The notes: generated from the sequence alone by a model not told the origin. DNA of 55,325 bases from Fodinibius sp. (GCA_041642075.1 JBEPXF010000003.1:1-55325), one strand, 5' to 3'; counted from the first letter of the stretch, positions 30,891 to 41,105 are shown. Numbers and translations are program-made.

Positions 30891-32138
30891 ATGAGTTACG
30901 ACAAAATAACTGCTCCAGAAAAAGGTACCAAAGTTGAAAAAAAATCCGATGGCTCTCTAAAAGTAGGAGAAAATCCTATCATTCCCTTCATTGAAGGTGA
31001 TGGTATAGGAATTGATATCACCCCTACTATGCGCCATGTTTTAGACAGTGCTGTCGAAAAAGCATATAACGGCCAAAAAGAAATTGAATGGTTTGAAATT
31101 TATGCCGGTGAAAAAGCCCTTAAATATTACGGGGAAGATCATTGGCTTCCAGAAGACACCCTTAAAGCTATTGAAGACTATAAAATCGCTATAAAGGGCC
31201 CGCTTACCACTCCTGTAGGTGGTGGTATTCGCTCCTTAAATGTAGCTATTCGCCAAAAACTGGATTTATTTGCCTGCGTTCGCCCGGTCAAATATTACAA
31301 AGGTACTCCAAGCCCCGTTAAGCATCCCGAAAAAACAGATATGGTCATTTTCCGGGAGAATACGGAGGATATTTATGCCGGGATTGAGTATCAGACAGGA
31401 ACAGAGGAAAACGAAAAACTCAAGGATTTCCTGATCGATGAAATGGGAGTTGATCAAATCCGTTTTCCTGATACTACTTCTTTAGGAATTAAACCCATAT
31501 CCACTGAAGGAACAAAACGTCTCGTTCGGTCTGCTATTGATTATGCTCTTGAAACCGGACGCGACAGTGTTACCCTGGTACACAAAGGAAATATCATGAA
31601 GTTTACCGAGGGAAGTTTTAAAGAATGGGGTTACGAAGTGGCACGTGAAGAGTATGACGCCGAAGTTATTGGCGAAGGTCCCTGGTGTAAACTCCCTAAT
31701 GGACTGGTTGTCAAAGATGTTATTGCGGATGCCTTCCTGCAGCAAATTTTAACTCGTCCCGATGAGTACGACGTTATCGCCACAATGAACCTCAACGGCG
31801 ATTATATTTCCGACGCTCTTGCTGCCTGTGTAGGCGGAATTGGAATTGCTCCCGGAGCGAACATCAACTATAATACCGGTCTTGCCGTATTTGAAGCAAC
31901 ACACGGTACCGCTCCTAAGTATACCGGTCAGGATAAGGTAAATCCTGGATCTCTCATCCTCTCCGGAGTTATTATGCTGCGGTATATGGGCTGGAACGAA
32001 GCTGCCGATCTTATTGAGAAAGGAATAGAGGCTTCAATTAGTCAGAAGAAAGTAACCTATGATTTTGAGCGCCTGATGGAGGGAGCAACCCTTCTGAAGT
32101 GTTCTGAGTTTGGTGATCAAATCGTAGAGAATATGTAA
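30891..32138 (+). CDS. icd: NADP-dependent isocitrate dehydrogenase
   Basis: [54 protein letters not shown]. Confidence 0.98.
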   Translation: MSYDKITAPEKGTKVEKKSDGSLKVGENPIIPFIEGDGIGIDITPTMRHVLDSAVEKAYNGQKEIEWFEIYAGEKALKYYGEDHWLPEDTLKAIEDYKIAIKGPLTTPVGGGIRSLNVAIRQKLDLFACVRPVKYYKGTPSPVKHPEKTDMVIFRENTEDIYAGIEYQTGTEENEKLKDFLIDEMGVDQIRFPDTTSLGIKPISTEGTKRLVRSAIDYALETGRDSVTLVHKGNIMKFTEGSFKEWGYEVAREEYDAEVIGEGPWCKLPNGLVVKDVIADAFLQQILTRPDEYDVIATMNLNGDYISDALAACVGGIGIAPGANINYNTGLAVFEATHGTAPKYTGQDKVNPGSLILSGVIMLRYMGWNEAADLIEKGIEASISQKKVTYDFERLMEGATLLKCSEFGDQIVENM

Positions 32139-32167
32139 TAGACAACATATCTCTTTGTAAAAAGATC

Positions 32168-32205
32168 AAGCCCGCAAGGTATTTATGCTTTGCGGGCTTT
32201 CTTTT
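32168..32205 (+). terminator. Intrinsic terminator after icd (possibly bidirectional)
   Basis: AAGCCCGCAAG...TTTGCGGGCTT followed by TCTTTT; lies between convergent genes. Confidence 0.85.
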
Positions 32206-32245
32206 GTATTTGGAAAATTTTATCCGTCTTCCTTTTTCCTTTCTG

Positions 32246-32812
32246 TTAGAACGAGCTAAAAGACTGTGCATTCTTAATAGTTTCCCATTGTCCTTCGTAA
32301 GAAGTCAATCTGGCACCAATGGCCTCGATTAGCTCTGCTTTATTAACCTGTACCTTGGCAAAACCTCTGGTGCCCTGATAGTCCGTTACCTCCCTCTCCG
32401 CTGTTTCTCGCATTTGCGATACTTCCTCTACCGCATCCGCAGTTTTTCTAAAATCAATTAAAAAGCCAGGATCGTTCAGCTCCGAACCCTGTCCCTCTTC
32501 ATCTATAATATCGGTGCGAATCTGTTCCAGGCGATCAGAAACTTCACGTTTCAGTCGTGCGATTCCCCAGGCTTGAGCTTTGGATATAGCTCTTTCGGAC
32601 TCGCTGTCAATAGCTGTTGCATAGGCAGTAATTGTGGTATCATTATCCGTGATCTCTTGCTCGCTAAACCATTCCGGCATCCATTCAAGCTCTTCCTGAG
32701 GAGATTGCTGCTGGTCAGTGGTACTATCATCTACTGCTGGATCACTTGATGCACATCCGACTAATCCCATTAATGTTATTGCCAATCCGAATTTTAGTAA
32801 AATCCTGTTCAT
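32246..32812 (-). CDS. Hypothetical lipoprotein (LPP20-like)
   Basis: Lipobox LVGC; PEWF motif; acidic. Confidence 0.7.
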   Translation of the reverse strand: MNRILLKFGLAITLMGLVGCASSDPAVDDSTTDQQQSPQEELEWMPEWFSEQEITDNDTTITAYATAIDSESERAISKAQAWGIARLKREVSDRLEQIRTDIIDEEGQGSELNDPGFLIDFRKTADAVEEVSQMRETAEREVTDYQGTRGFAKVQVNKAELIEAIGARLTSYEGQWETIKNAQSFSSF

Positions 32813-32956
32813 AATATTTTTAATTACAATAATCTCATTAATAATTTTCGAAAAAGGCTAAAATCAGCCAAAGATTGGCCATTTGCAACCAAAATCTTCT
32901 TAACCATTGTAGACAATTAGCATAAGAGTACAAACTTAAACGAGCGAAAAATTATT

Positions 32957-34129
32957 TTATTCCGATTCCAATAGTTCAAGTTCAATCTCTTTTTCTATTT
33001 CCTCTCCTTCCCGCCAAATATTTAATAGAACTACCTCACCCGGACTTTTTACGGCTATCTTTTGCTGTAACTGATTAGATTCATTAACAAGTGTTCCATC
33101 TACGCTCAGGATAACATCATTCGCTTCTAAGCCGGCTTCGTCCGCAGCACCGTCCGACACCACTTGTTGTATACGAACTCCCCTTATCGTATCCATACCT
33201 AACTCTTCAGCGACAACAGCATCAACGCTGCTAATTGTAACTCCCAGCAGGGCCCGGCGCACTTCGCCATATTCAATAAGATCTTTAGCTACCTTCATAG
33301 CCAGATTGGACGGGGCGGCAAAGCCGTATCCCTGGTAGTTTCCACTCATTGAGGCAATAGCCGTGTTAACACCAATTAATTCTCCACTGGTATTCACTAA
33401 GGCTCCTCCGCTGTTTCCCTTATTAATTGCCGCATCGGTTTGTATAAAACTCTCCACCCGCATTTGATCCTGTATAATCTGCATGTCCCTGCTCAACGCA
33501 CTGACAATTCCAGCAGTAACAGTAGACCGTAGTCTAAAGGGATTTCCTATAGCCAGTACCCATTCCCCCACCTCTACCTCGCTGGAATTCCCTATGGTTA
33601 TGGCCGGTAACCCCTGCGCATCAATTTTCATAACGGCTAAATCAGTAGTGGGGTCCTTGCCAACCACCCGGGCCTCAAATGTTCGTTTGTCATTGAGCGT
33701 AATATGAACGCCATCTTCAGCCGCTCCATCGATAACATGATTATTGGTTAAGATATAACCATCACTGCTAATAATAATCCCCGAACCCACGGTACGCGCT
33801 CTCCAGGGAAAAATATTTCCCCACATGCCCTCTTCCTCTTCATGTAATTCATCATCTGGAATATCTTCTTTTGATATAGGGACTTCTGTCTCGATATACA
33901 CAACCGTTGGCCTTACACGTTCCGCTATCTTTTTAAATAGAAAGCGACCGTCCAGATTCTCGAGATCTTTATCCGAAAAAACAGGCTGTGCACTTTGGGT
34001 CACTTTCGTTACTTCTACCTCCGCGTGATCGTTAACTCCATTTTGTTGATATAATGTAAAAAGTGCTCCAGCGAGAATCCCGATCAAAAGCAAAAGTATG
34101 GCTGTCAGATAACGGTCTCTTCTTTTCAT
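32957..34129 (-). CDS. HtrA/Deg family serine protease, membrane-anchored, single PDZ
   Basis: N-terminal TM; TNNHV, DLAV, QTDAAINKGNSGG; one PDZ domain. Confidence 0.93.
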   Translation of the reverse strand: MKRRDRYLTAILLLLIGILAGALFTLYQQNGVNDHAEVEVTKVTQSAQPVFSDKDLENLDGRFLFKKIAERVRPTVVYIETEVPISKEDIPDDELHEEEEGMWGNIFPWRARTVGSGIIISSDGYILTNNHVIDGAAEDGVHITLNDKRTFEARVVGKDPTTDLAVMKIDAQGLPAITIGNSSEVEVGEWVLAIGNPFRLRSTVTAGIVSALSRDMQIIQDQMRVESFIQTDAAINKGNSGGALVNTSGELIGVNTAIASMSGNYQGYGFAAPSNLAMKVAKDLIEYGEVRRALLGVTISSVDAVVAEELGMDTIRGVRIQQVVSDGAADEAGLEANDVILSVDGTLVNESNQLQQKIAVKSPGEVVLLNIWREGEEIEKEIELELLESE

Positions 34130-34869
34130 GGCGTTCCCTGCAAAATTTGTTCAAAAATGGCGTCCGACTTTCGGTCTTTCAGTCCCTCTACATGATACTT
34201 AAAATATCGGTCTAATAATTTAATCAATCCTTTTAATTCTCCCGGCTCAAATGAAATACCAAACAGTGTTGAACTCCTCGCCTGCAATGCGATTGTAATA
34301 TATTTGGCTTGGCGGGGACTTAATTTATATGAATGCGAAGAAAAATTCTTTGTAGATACTAAACCGGATTCTATGTTTAAATAGTTCATTTCTTCAGAGA
34401 GTTCCGCCGTATCAAGCTGCAGGCCAATGCCCGTAAGCCCGGCTAAACGAATTTGCAGGTAAGGAAAAATAGCCGGAGGATAAATATCCGTACAATCCAG
34501 CCATAACAACATTTTTTGGGTAAAATCAAAGAGGGGCTCGTTTACTTCATTGTCGTGCAGTAGCTGACTGATCAGCTCAATAGCCGAAGTCATGGTAGCC
34601 ATTTTCTCAAAATCGGTACGCAAATTCATGGTTTTTTGCTGATAACTGGCCTCGCTCAGAATCTGAACAGAGCGGGAGCTTTTATGATAATAAACCACAT
34701 CCAGCATGTTACCCACTTCAATAAGTCCGGAAAACTTACTTTTGGGCTTTTTCGCTCCGCGTACCATTAATGCGATTTTACCATGTTCGCGGCTAAAAAC
34801 GGTCACAATTTTACTGGATTCCTGGTAATCGACCGTTCTGAAAACAATAGCTTCCGTATGAGAAATCAT
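34126..34869 (-). CDS. recO: DNA repair protein RecO
   Basis: TEAIVFRTVDYQESSKIVTVFSREHGKI...GAKKPKSKF; ATGA overlap with the protease gene. Confidence 0.93.
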   Translation of the reverse strand: MISHTEAIVFRTVDYQESSKIVTVFSREHGKIALMVRGAKKPKSKFSGLIEVGNMLDVVYYHKSSRSVQILSEASYQQKTMNLRTDFEKMATMTSAIELISQLLHDNEVNEPLFDFTQKMLLWLDCTDIYPPAIFPYLQIRLAGLTGIGLQLDTAELSEEMNYLNIESGLVSTKNFSSHSYKLSPRQAKYITIALQARSSTLFGISFEPGELKGLIKLLDRYFKYHVEGLKDRKSDAIFEQILQGTP

Positions 34870-34943
34870 TCCTTTTCCATATTCAAAACGTTATTCTAAC
34901 TATAGAAAAGGACGGGTAGTACCAATACAATTGCAACTATAAA

Positions 34944-35579
34944 TTAGTTGGAACTACCGGTAAGTTGATAGGATCGTGCCGGTCGACTATTTACAGAAGG
35001 CTGCTCAATGAGACGTAATTTTTTCTCTGACTCCTCTAATAGAGCCTCATAGCTATTGTCATCAAGGGTTTGACCATCAAAATGGAGGACATTATTGCGA
35101 TCAACCCACGGTTCAACGTCTTCTTCTTCCTGAGCCGTAATGGTCTGAAACAACTGTGTATCCAAGGCAAAACCGCTACCACCAGTTGTAACCTCGGTTT
35201 CAGCATTACCTGCCGAAACGGTCGATGGTTGCTGCCCGTTATCGCCTTCGCTACCTATATAAAACCATGCCCCTCCGGCTGTAAGAGTTAGAGCTATGGT
35301 CGCTGCAACTGCATACTTAAAGGCAGGCTTAAAAGAGGATATAGTCGAAGTCCTGTTTTTTTGAGCCTGTGCGGCCGCCTGCTCCATAATCTGATCAGTT
35401 AGCGCCGATGGAGGATCTTTTTCGGGCAGCTTATCAAGTTTCTTTAGTGTCTGCCGCATACTTTCAACCTCAATAAGGAGGTCTTCATCCTCCATCATTG
35501 CTCGTTCCATCAGTAGTTCCTCAGAAGGATCCATCTCCTTCATCAGATACCGAATACAATCATTATTCTCCTTGCGCAT
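34944..35579 (-). CDS. Putative membrane-anchored anti-sigma factor
   Basis: Start at ATG 35579 (MRKENNDCIRYL), overlapping the sigma stop by 17 nt; anti-sigma-domain-like N-terminus (YLMKEMDPSEE...PPSALTDQIM), one TM, periplasmic tail. Confidence 0.75.
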   Translation of the reverse strand: MRKENNDCIRYLMKEMDPSEELLMERAMMEDEDLLIEVESMRQTLKKLDKLPEKDPPSALTDQIMEQAAAQAQKNRTSTISSFKPAFKYAVAATIALTLTAGGAWFYIGSEGDNGQQPSTVSAGNAETEVTTGGSGFALDTQLFQTITAQEEEDVEPWVDRNNVLHFDGQTLDDNSYEALLEESEKKLRLIEQPSVNSRPARSYQLTGSSN

Positions 35580-36207
35580 AATTATGTTCTTCTTCTTTTT
35601 CTTTATCAAAAAGTTTTCGAAGATTTATTAACGCATACCGCATGCGTCCTAGTGCGGTATTTATTGAAACATCGGTTAAATCTGCAATTTCCTTGAACGG
35701 CATCTCGTAGTAGTGACGTAACATAACCACTTGACGCTGTTCTTCAGGAAGTTCACCAATATGCTTCATCAGGCTGCTTTTTGTTTCTTGCTTCTCAAGC
35801 TGTTCCTGTGCGCTGACAAGATCTTCGTCAGGTAAACGATCGTAGAAATCCGTATTGGAGTCCTCGTCGTAAGAAGCATTAACGTCCACAAACCGTTTTT
35901 GTTTTCTTAAATAATCAATTGTTGCGTTATGGGCTATACGCATCACCCACGCAATCCATTTTCCCTGTTCATTATAGGTATCGTCCATCTTCGTAATAAC
36001 CTTGGTAAAGGTCTCCTGAAAGATGTCGTCCGCTTTTCCGCTACTTCCTACCATACTGTAGATATAGGAGTAGACTTTGGTTTGATGACGATTCATAAGC
36101 TCACTGAATGCCTGTTCATCGCCGTTTTGGCGATAAAATCTAACCAGGTCTTTATCAGCCAACTGCTTATATTTTTTACTAATATGTTTGGATTGTTCGA
36201 GCTTCAT
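35563..36207 (-). CDS. ECF RNA polymerase sigma-70 factor
   Basis: AFSELMNRH, DDIFQETFTK, WVMRIAHNATIDYLRK, LPEEQRQVV, FKEIA...SINTALGRMRYA. Confidence 0.95.
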   Translation of the reverse strand: MKLEQSKHISKKYKQLADKDLVRFYRQNGDEQAFSELMNRHQTKVYSYIYSMVGSSGKADDIFQETFTKVITKMDDTYNEQGKWIAWVMRIAHNATIDYLRKQKRFVDVNASYDEDSNTDFYDRLPDEDLVSAQEQLEKQETKSSLMKHIGELPEEQRQVVMLRHYYEMPFKEIADLTDVSINTALGRMRYALINLRKLFDKEKEEEHNYAQGE

Positions 36208-36340
36208 AATATCCTCACGCCTAATTTAAGAATTTAAGTCAAATCATACAGCTTGACAAAGCTATATGTAATTGACCGCCATCTATCATCAGAACAAGTT
36301 TCTTGAAATTACAATTCATTAAGTTCTACACTATGTTGAA

Positions 36341-36366
36341 TACGTAATTCAGGAACTTTTGTTCCA
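36341..36366 (-). promoter_or_regulatory. Candidate autoregulatory ECF promoter TGGAAC-N16-CGTA
   Basis: Minus strand TGGAAC aaaagttcctgaatta CGTA, ~135 nt upstream of the ECF sigma start; fits the AAC/CGT ECF consensus. Confidence 0.6.
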
Positions 36367-36431
36367 CTGACAGTCAATTATCTATACGCATTCTAAATAC
36401 TGTAGAACTCATTGTATATCACATGTTAATG

Positions 36432-38309
36432 TTAGTCGTCTTTGGATCCTTCGGTATCACTGTCAAAATAATCAAATACTCTTTGGCCCATTTTCGTTCC
36501 AATCTCGCCCTGCAACTCTTCTAAAGTAGCTTTTTGTACGGATGATACCGATCCAAATTCCTTTAACAGTTTTTGCGCTGTTTTTTTGCCTATTCCTTTA
36601 ATTTGTGTCAATTCTGTTTTTATCGTTCGTTTTGAACGTTTGTCACGGTGGAAATTAATAGCAAAGCGATGCGCTTCATCCCGTATCCGCTGCAAAAGCT
36701 TTAATGCCGAAGACTTCTTAGGAATCATTATTGGCTTAGGTTTGCCTGGTACAAAGACTTCTTCTAAGCGCTTAGCCAAACCGATAACTTCACACTCTCC
36801 ATAAAAACCAATTTCTTTCAAAGCTGCAACAGCACTGCTTAATTGTCCTTTTCCCCCGTCAACAACAATAAGATCGGGGATATGCTGTTTTTCCTTCATT
36901 ACGCGGCTATACCGGCGTTCCAGCACCTCTTTCATGGAGGCAAAGTCATCTGGACCCTCAACTGTTTTTATGTTAAATCTTTTATACTCGCTTTTTCTTG
37001 TGCGAGCATCTACAAAACAGACCATCGAAGCTACCGGATCACTGCCCTGCAGATTGGAATTATCAAAACACTCGATGCGCCGCGGAAGGCGGTCTAAATC
37101 CAGTTGCTCCTTAAGCTCCTTTACTGAATGGGGAATTCGCTTCCGGGCGGCTTTCTCCTTCTCCAGCTTCCGTTCCCCCAGCATCAGCTTGGCATTGGAG
37201 ACCGCCATGCGAATCATCTTGGCCTTTTCTCCCCGCTGTGGACGGTGGATACGTACTTGTTTACCCCGCTGCTCTGTCAAATACTGGTATAACGGCTCAT
37301 CATTCTTTAGATCATGACTTACGTACACTTCATCAGGGATCGTATCCGATCCAAACTCCTGGGAACCGGTGTAATAATCTTCCACAAAGGACTGAAGCAT
37401 CTCTCCTTTCTCTAGATGATCGATATTCTTCAGGAAACGATGAAATTTACTAATCAATTTGCCTTCGCGTACCTTAAACAGAACGCCGCACGCTTCCGAT
37501 ATCTCTTTATCCACCCGCAGAGCAAAAAGATCCCGGTCTACCTGCTTGCTGGCCACCATCTTCATTTTTTTGCTGTATTTCTGTACGGCCTTTAAACTGT
37601 CGCGTATCCGGGCCGCCTGCTCAAAAGCCAGCGCATCGGAAGCAATGGACATTTCTTCTTTTAAATCCCTTATCAGGGCTTCGGTTCGGCCATTCAGCAT
37701 ACGCTCTACTTTTTTGATAGTCTCCTGATATTCTTCCAGATCCCAATCCCCAGAACAGCTTTCCAGGTAGTCGTCAAAGCAGGAGTGCCATTTGGGCGGG
37801 CCTTTTGTTCGATTCACCGTTTTGCGGGCGACAGCACAGGTGCAAAGGTCAAAAGCCTTGCGAATGGTTTCCATCATCCGCTTCATATGCATAACGCTGT
37901 CATAGGGACCAAAATACTTACTGCCGTCTTTAATGACCGTCCGAGTGGAAAAAACACGGGGACGCTCTTCATTGGTAATGCAGATATACGGATAGGTTTT
38001 GTCATCCCGGTACATCACATTATAACGGGGTTGATGCTTCTTGATAAGATTATTTTCCAGGATGAGAGCCTCAGACTCAGAATCGGTTACAATTACGTCC
38101 AGATCGTCAATCTTCTTGGCCATCACCCGTATACGTCCGTCATGCCCCCCGGAATCCTGAAAGTACGAGCGTACCCTATTTCGCAATCGCTTGGCCTTAC
38201 CGATATAAAGCTCACGCCCTTTCTTGTCTTTAAAAATGTATACACCCGGAGAAAGCGGCAGGTGATCTACCTTCTCCTTCACATCAATTTCTGCAGAATC
38301 CGTACTCAT
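36432..38309 (-). CDS. uvrC: Excinuclease ABC subunit C
   Basis: PGVY, LYIGKAKRLRNRVRSYF, FEQAARIRD, RIECFDNS, IVVDGGKGQ, RDEAHRFA, C-terminal HhH. Confidence 0.98.
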   Translation of the reverse strand: MSTDSAEIDVKEKVDHLPLSPGVYIFKDKKGRELYIGKAKRLRNRVRSYFQDSGGHDGRIRVMAKKIDDLDVIVTDSESEALILENNLIKKHQPRYNVMYRDDKTYPYICITNEERPRVFSTRTVIKDGSKYFGPYDSVMHMKRMMETIRKAFDLCTCAVARKTVNRTKGPPKWHSCFDDYLESCSGDWDLEEYQETIKKVERMLNGRTEALIRDLKEEMSIASDALAFEQAARIRDSLKAVQKYSKKMKMVASKQVDRDLFALRVDKEISEACGVLFKVREGKLISKFHRFLKNIDHLEKGEMLQSFVEDYYTGSQEFGSDTIPDEVYVSHDLKNDEPLYQYLTEQRGKQVRIHRPQRGEKAKMIRMAVSNAKLMLGERKLEKEKAARKRIPHSVKELKEQLDLDRLPRRIECFDNSNLQGSDPVASMVCFVDARTRKSEYKRFNIKTVEGPDDFASMKEVLERRYSRVMKEKQHIPDLIVVDGGKGQLSSAVAALKEIGFYGECEVIGLAKRLEEVFVPGKPKPIMIPKKSSALKLLQRIRDEAHRFAINFHRDKRSKRTIKTELTQIKGIGKKTAQKLLKEFGSVSSVQKATLEELQGEIGTKMGQRVFDYFDSDTEGSKDD

Positions 38310-38500
38310 TAATTACCGTAGATTAAAAACTCATTTGTCCTAAAATATAAATTATCACAACAATGATATACTGCTGGCCCGGAATTAGTTCTTATGGGAC
38401 TATAATAAAAAAAACGGCTACTTACTTCGTTCATTAATTTGTTTACACAGCTCAGGTCGTTATTTTTACGTTTTCCAAATATTTCCAGCAATAATTTCCG

Positions 38501-39199
38501 ATGGATTACACCAACACCCAGCCTAATATTCCCATTGTTTTTGAGGATGAGCACCTATTAGTCATTGACAAACCCACAGGCCTCCTGTCGCAGGAAGATC
38601 ATACCGGTGACCCGGATGTGCTAAGCCTGTGCAAAGCATATCTCAAGCGGTCGAAAATGTCAACCGATACCCCATATCTCGGTCTGCTCCACCGTCTGGA
38701 CCGCCCGGTAAGCGGTCTGATGCTCCTTGCTAAAAACGGAAATGCGGCAAAGGTATTATCCAGGCAGATACGAGACCGTACCATACAAAAAACATATTGG
38801 GCTGTTTGTGAGGGATCCCCACCACCAAATGGAGTACTAACGCATTATCTTGTTAAAGACCGGGATAGAAATGTAGTCCAGGTAAAACCTGAAACCCCAA
38901 AAAGAGCTAAAAAAGCTATATTATCTTTTACGACCCTGGAACAGCAGGAAAAATTAAACCTACTGTCCATTCACCTTCAAACGGGACGTCCCCACCAGAT
39001 ACGTGTACAGCTGGCGGCGGAGGGGTACCCGATATGGGGAGATTATAAATATGGCAGCAATCAACCCGATGGACGGAAGATGGCTCTTCGTGCCGTTGAA
39101 TTGATTTTTGAACATCCCGGGCATAAGCAACAAATGCGTTTCGAGATAGCTCCTGCCAACCAAATGCCATGGTCCCTCTTTTCAATTGCCAAAATGTGA
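38501..39199 (+). CDS. RluA-family pseudouridine synthase
   Basis: IDKPTGL, HRLDRPVSG, TGRPHQIRVQL, PIWGDYKYG. Confidence 0.93.
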   Translation: MDYTNTQPNIPIVFEDEHLLVIDKPTGLLSQEDHTGDPDVLSLCKAYLKRSKMSTDTPYLGLLHRLDRPVSGLMLLAKNGNAAKVLSRQIRDRTIQKTYWAVCEGSPPPNGVLTHYLVKDRDRNVVQVKPETPKRAKKAILSFTTLEQQEKLNLLSIHLQTGRPHQIRVQLAAEGYPIWGDYKYGSNQPDGRKMALRAVELIFEHPGHKQQMRFEIAPANQMPWSLFSIAKM

Positions 39200-39209
39200 T
39201 GCAATCTGA

Positions 39210-40085
39210 ATGAAGTTAACTCATTTAAGTCAGTCGGCCGCTTTTATCGCCATTAAGTTTTATGGCCTCACACGGGATGAGCGATATCGAACCCTCTTTG
39301 AGGATGAGACGATACAATATTATGAAAAGATGGTCTCTTTTTTACCCGCTCCCCTCTCCTATTATCACTATTGGCTGCAGTTCAAGTGGGTGCGGTTGTT
39401 CTACATTGCTGTAGAAGAAACCCTTTTGCCGGGGGATCTGCTCCATATTCTTGCTCGAAAACGGTTTGTGGAACGCATGACCGACGATCTACTCAAAGAA
39501 GAATATGACCAGATCCTGATCCTGGGAGGCGGCCTTGATCACCTGGGACTTCGCTATGCCCGGTCAAATATATCTACTATCGAAATCGATACTCCGCGCA
39601 TGTCGCAGTATAAACAGGCTTTTTTGGACCAACACTATCCCCATGCAGAGCATCCTCATCTAATAGGTTGTAACCTATCGGAGCAACCGCTCAGCCAGAT
39701 ACTAGAACGCCAGAAGATCCTTTCTCCAAAGAATAAAACGGCCATAATTGCCGAAGGTTTTTTCGATTATCTAGACCCCTCCGCCATTCATGTCACCCTT
39801 TCCACCCTTCAGGATTACTTTTCGTCCCCGGCCATTATCAGTACTCATTTCGCGCTGAGCGAACTTCCTCCCTTCCACCGCTGGGTTTTTCGAACGAGCC
39901 TCCAATTAGCCGGAGAACCACTACAGTTTCACACAACTTTGGATGAATTTGAGCAGATACTTAATGAATATCATCTCCAACTAAATTCATGTTTTGGGAC
40001 TGATGATCTAGCCATCCGGCTGAACACTCAAATAGATACCAATCTATCGTTTTTAAAAGGGTTTTATCTTTTTACCGCAAAATGA
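39210..40085 (+). CDS. Class I SAM-dependent methyltransferase (LCM/Ppm1-like)
   Basis: ARKRFVE, QILILGGGLD, IEIDTP, IIAEGFFDYL. Confidence 0.8.
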   Translation: MKLTHLSQSAAFIAIKFYGLTRDERYRTLFEDETIQYYEKMVSFLPAPLSYYHYWLQFKWVRLFYIAVEETLLPGDLLHILARKRFVERMTDDLLKEEYDQILILGGGLDHLGLRYARSNISTIEIDTPRMSQYKQAFLDQHYPHAEHPHLIGCNLSEQPLSQILERQKILSPKNKTAIIAEGFFDYLDPSAIHVTLSTLQDYFSSPAIISTHFALSELPPFHRWVFRTSLQLAGEPLQFHTTLDEFEQILNEYHLQLNSCFGTDDLAIRLNTQIDTNLSFLKGFYLFTAK

Positions 40086-40118
40086 GTAGTAAGGCGAACA
40101 CAATTGATTATAATAAGT

Positions 40119-40144
40119 GGAACATTCGCTGGTATCTATATGTT
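40119..40144 (+). promoter_or_regulatory. Candidate ECF (SigR/SigH-type) promoter GGAAC-N18-GTT
   Basis: GGAAC attcgctggtatctatat GTT, ending 56 nt upstream of the ATG at 40201. Confidence 0.4.
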
Positions 40145-40200
40145 GAGTAAATGAATGATGCTATCCTCATTGAACAAATCACTTCTCGGCAGCCAAAGTT

Positions 40201-40446
40201 ATGGGCAAAAAGGAGCTTACCAAATATGAAGCGCTCAAGCTGATCACCCCCGTCGTGGATGGCGAGGTATGCCGGGAAAAACGTCAGATTTTTTTTGAGT
40301 TTATAGAAGAGCATGATGATGTTCGGAAGCAATATGAGTCCGCCAAAAAAATTAAATCGCTCATCTGCTCTCGCTGTCCCTCCCGAAAGGCTCCCGAAGC
40401 CTTTCGAGCCAGCATTATAAACTTAATCCGTAAAGAATGCAGATAG
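40201..40446 (+). CDS. Small RsrA/RshA-like anti-sigma-domain protein lacking HxxxCxxC
   Basis: ITPVVDGEV...QYESAKKIKSLICSRC...APEAFRASI aligns by eye with zf-HC2 anti-sigmas (YLDGEL...VKxLLxRCC...APxxLRxRI). Confidence 0.65.
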   Translation: MGKKELTKYEALKLITPVVDGEVCREKRQIFFEFIEEHDDVRKQYESAKKIKSLICSRCPSRKAPEAFRASIINLIRKECR

Positions 40447-40514
40447 TTCTGTTAACTTACTGATATAAAATAAATAAGGGATATCAGTAAAACTATATTA
40501 AAGATAGAATATCG

Positions 40515-41105
40515 TTAAAAGTGAATGCGCGTGGCCAGTAGAGGAATGGTCTCATCCATGATATTCACTGAGGATACTCTCAGGGCAAAAGAATTTCGCT
40601 GCTCCTGATACTGCTCTACCGATTTACCCACACTCATAATATTATAAATGGCACTTCCGATAACCAGTGCTCCACCAATTAATATCCTGGTATCCGTTAG
40701 CTTAACCTCTTTATTGTCCACCGGAAACGCATCCGCAAAGCGATTGCCCAGTATTTCACTGGTCGCATTTTTCATGAGCACCATGCCCACACCCCGCAGC
40801 GCCAATCCTGCAAATCCCCGGCCGTAATCCTCCGCATAAAAATTACCGGTTGAGGGTCCTGTTGCCAGTCCATAAACAGTTAAAGCCGCCCCGACCGTCT
40901 GAACCGTAGAATTCTCAAAAATGGCTACGGTACCAATACCGACTGCCAATGGGATCACCGTATTTGATACGGCTATATTACGAGCCTCCGATACACTTTT
41001 GATTGGTTGCTGATTAATCTGAATCTGCTGCGCTTGAGCTTGTACCTCAACATTAAGCAGAATAACCAGAAAAATACCTGTAATAATTATAGAGTAGCTT
41101 TTCAT
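40515..41105 (-). CDS. Hypothetical exported/membrane protein
   Basis: Signal peptide (VQAQA), Gly-rich hydrophobic segments, C-terminal aromatic residue (RIHF). Confidence 0.7.
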   Translation of the reverse strand: MKSYSIIITGIFLVILLNVEVQAQAQQIQINQQPIKSVSEARNIAVSNTVIPLAVGIGTVAIFENSTVQTVGAALTVYGLATGPSTGNFYAEDYGRGFAGLALRGVGMVLMKNATSEILGNRFADAFPVDNKEVKLTDTRILIGGALVIGSAIYNIMSVGKSVEQYQEQRNSFALRVSSVNIMDETIPLLATRIHF

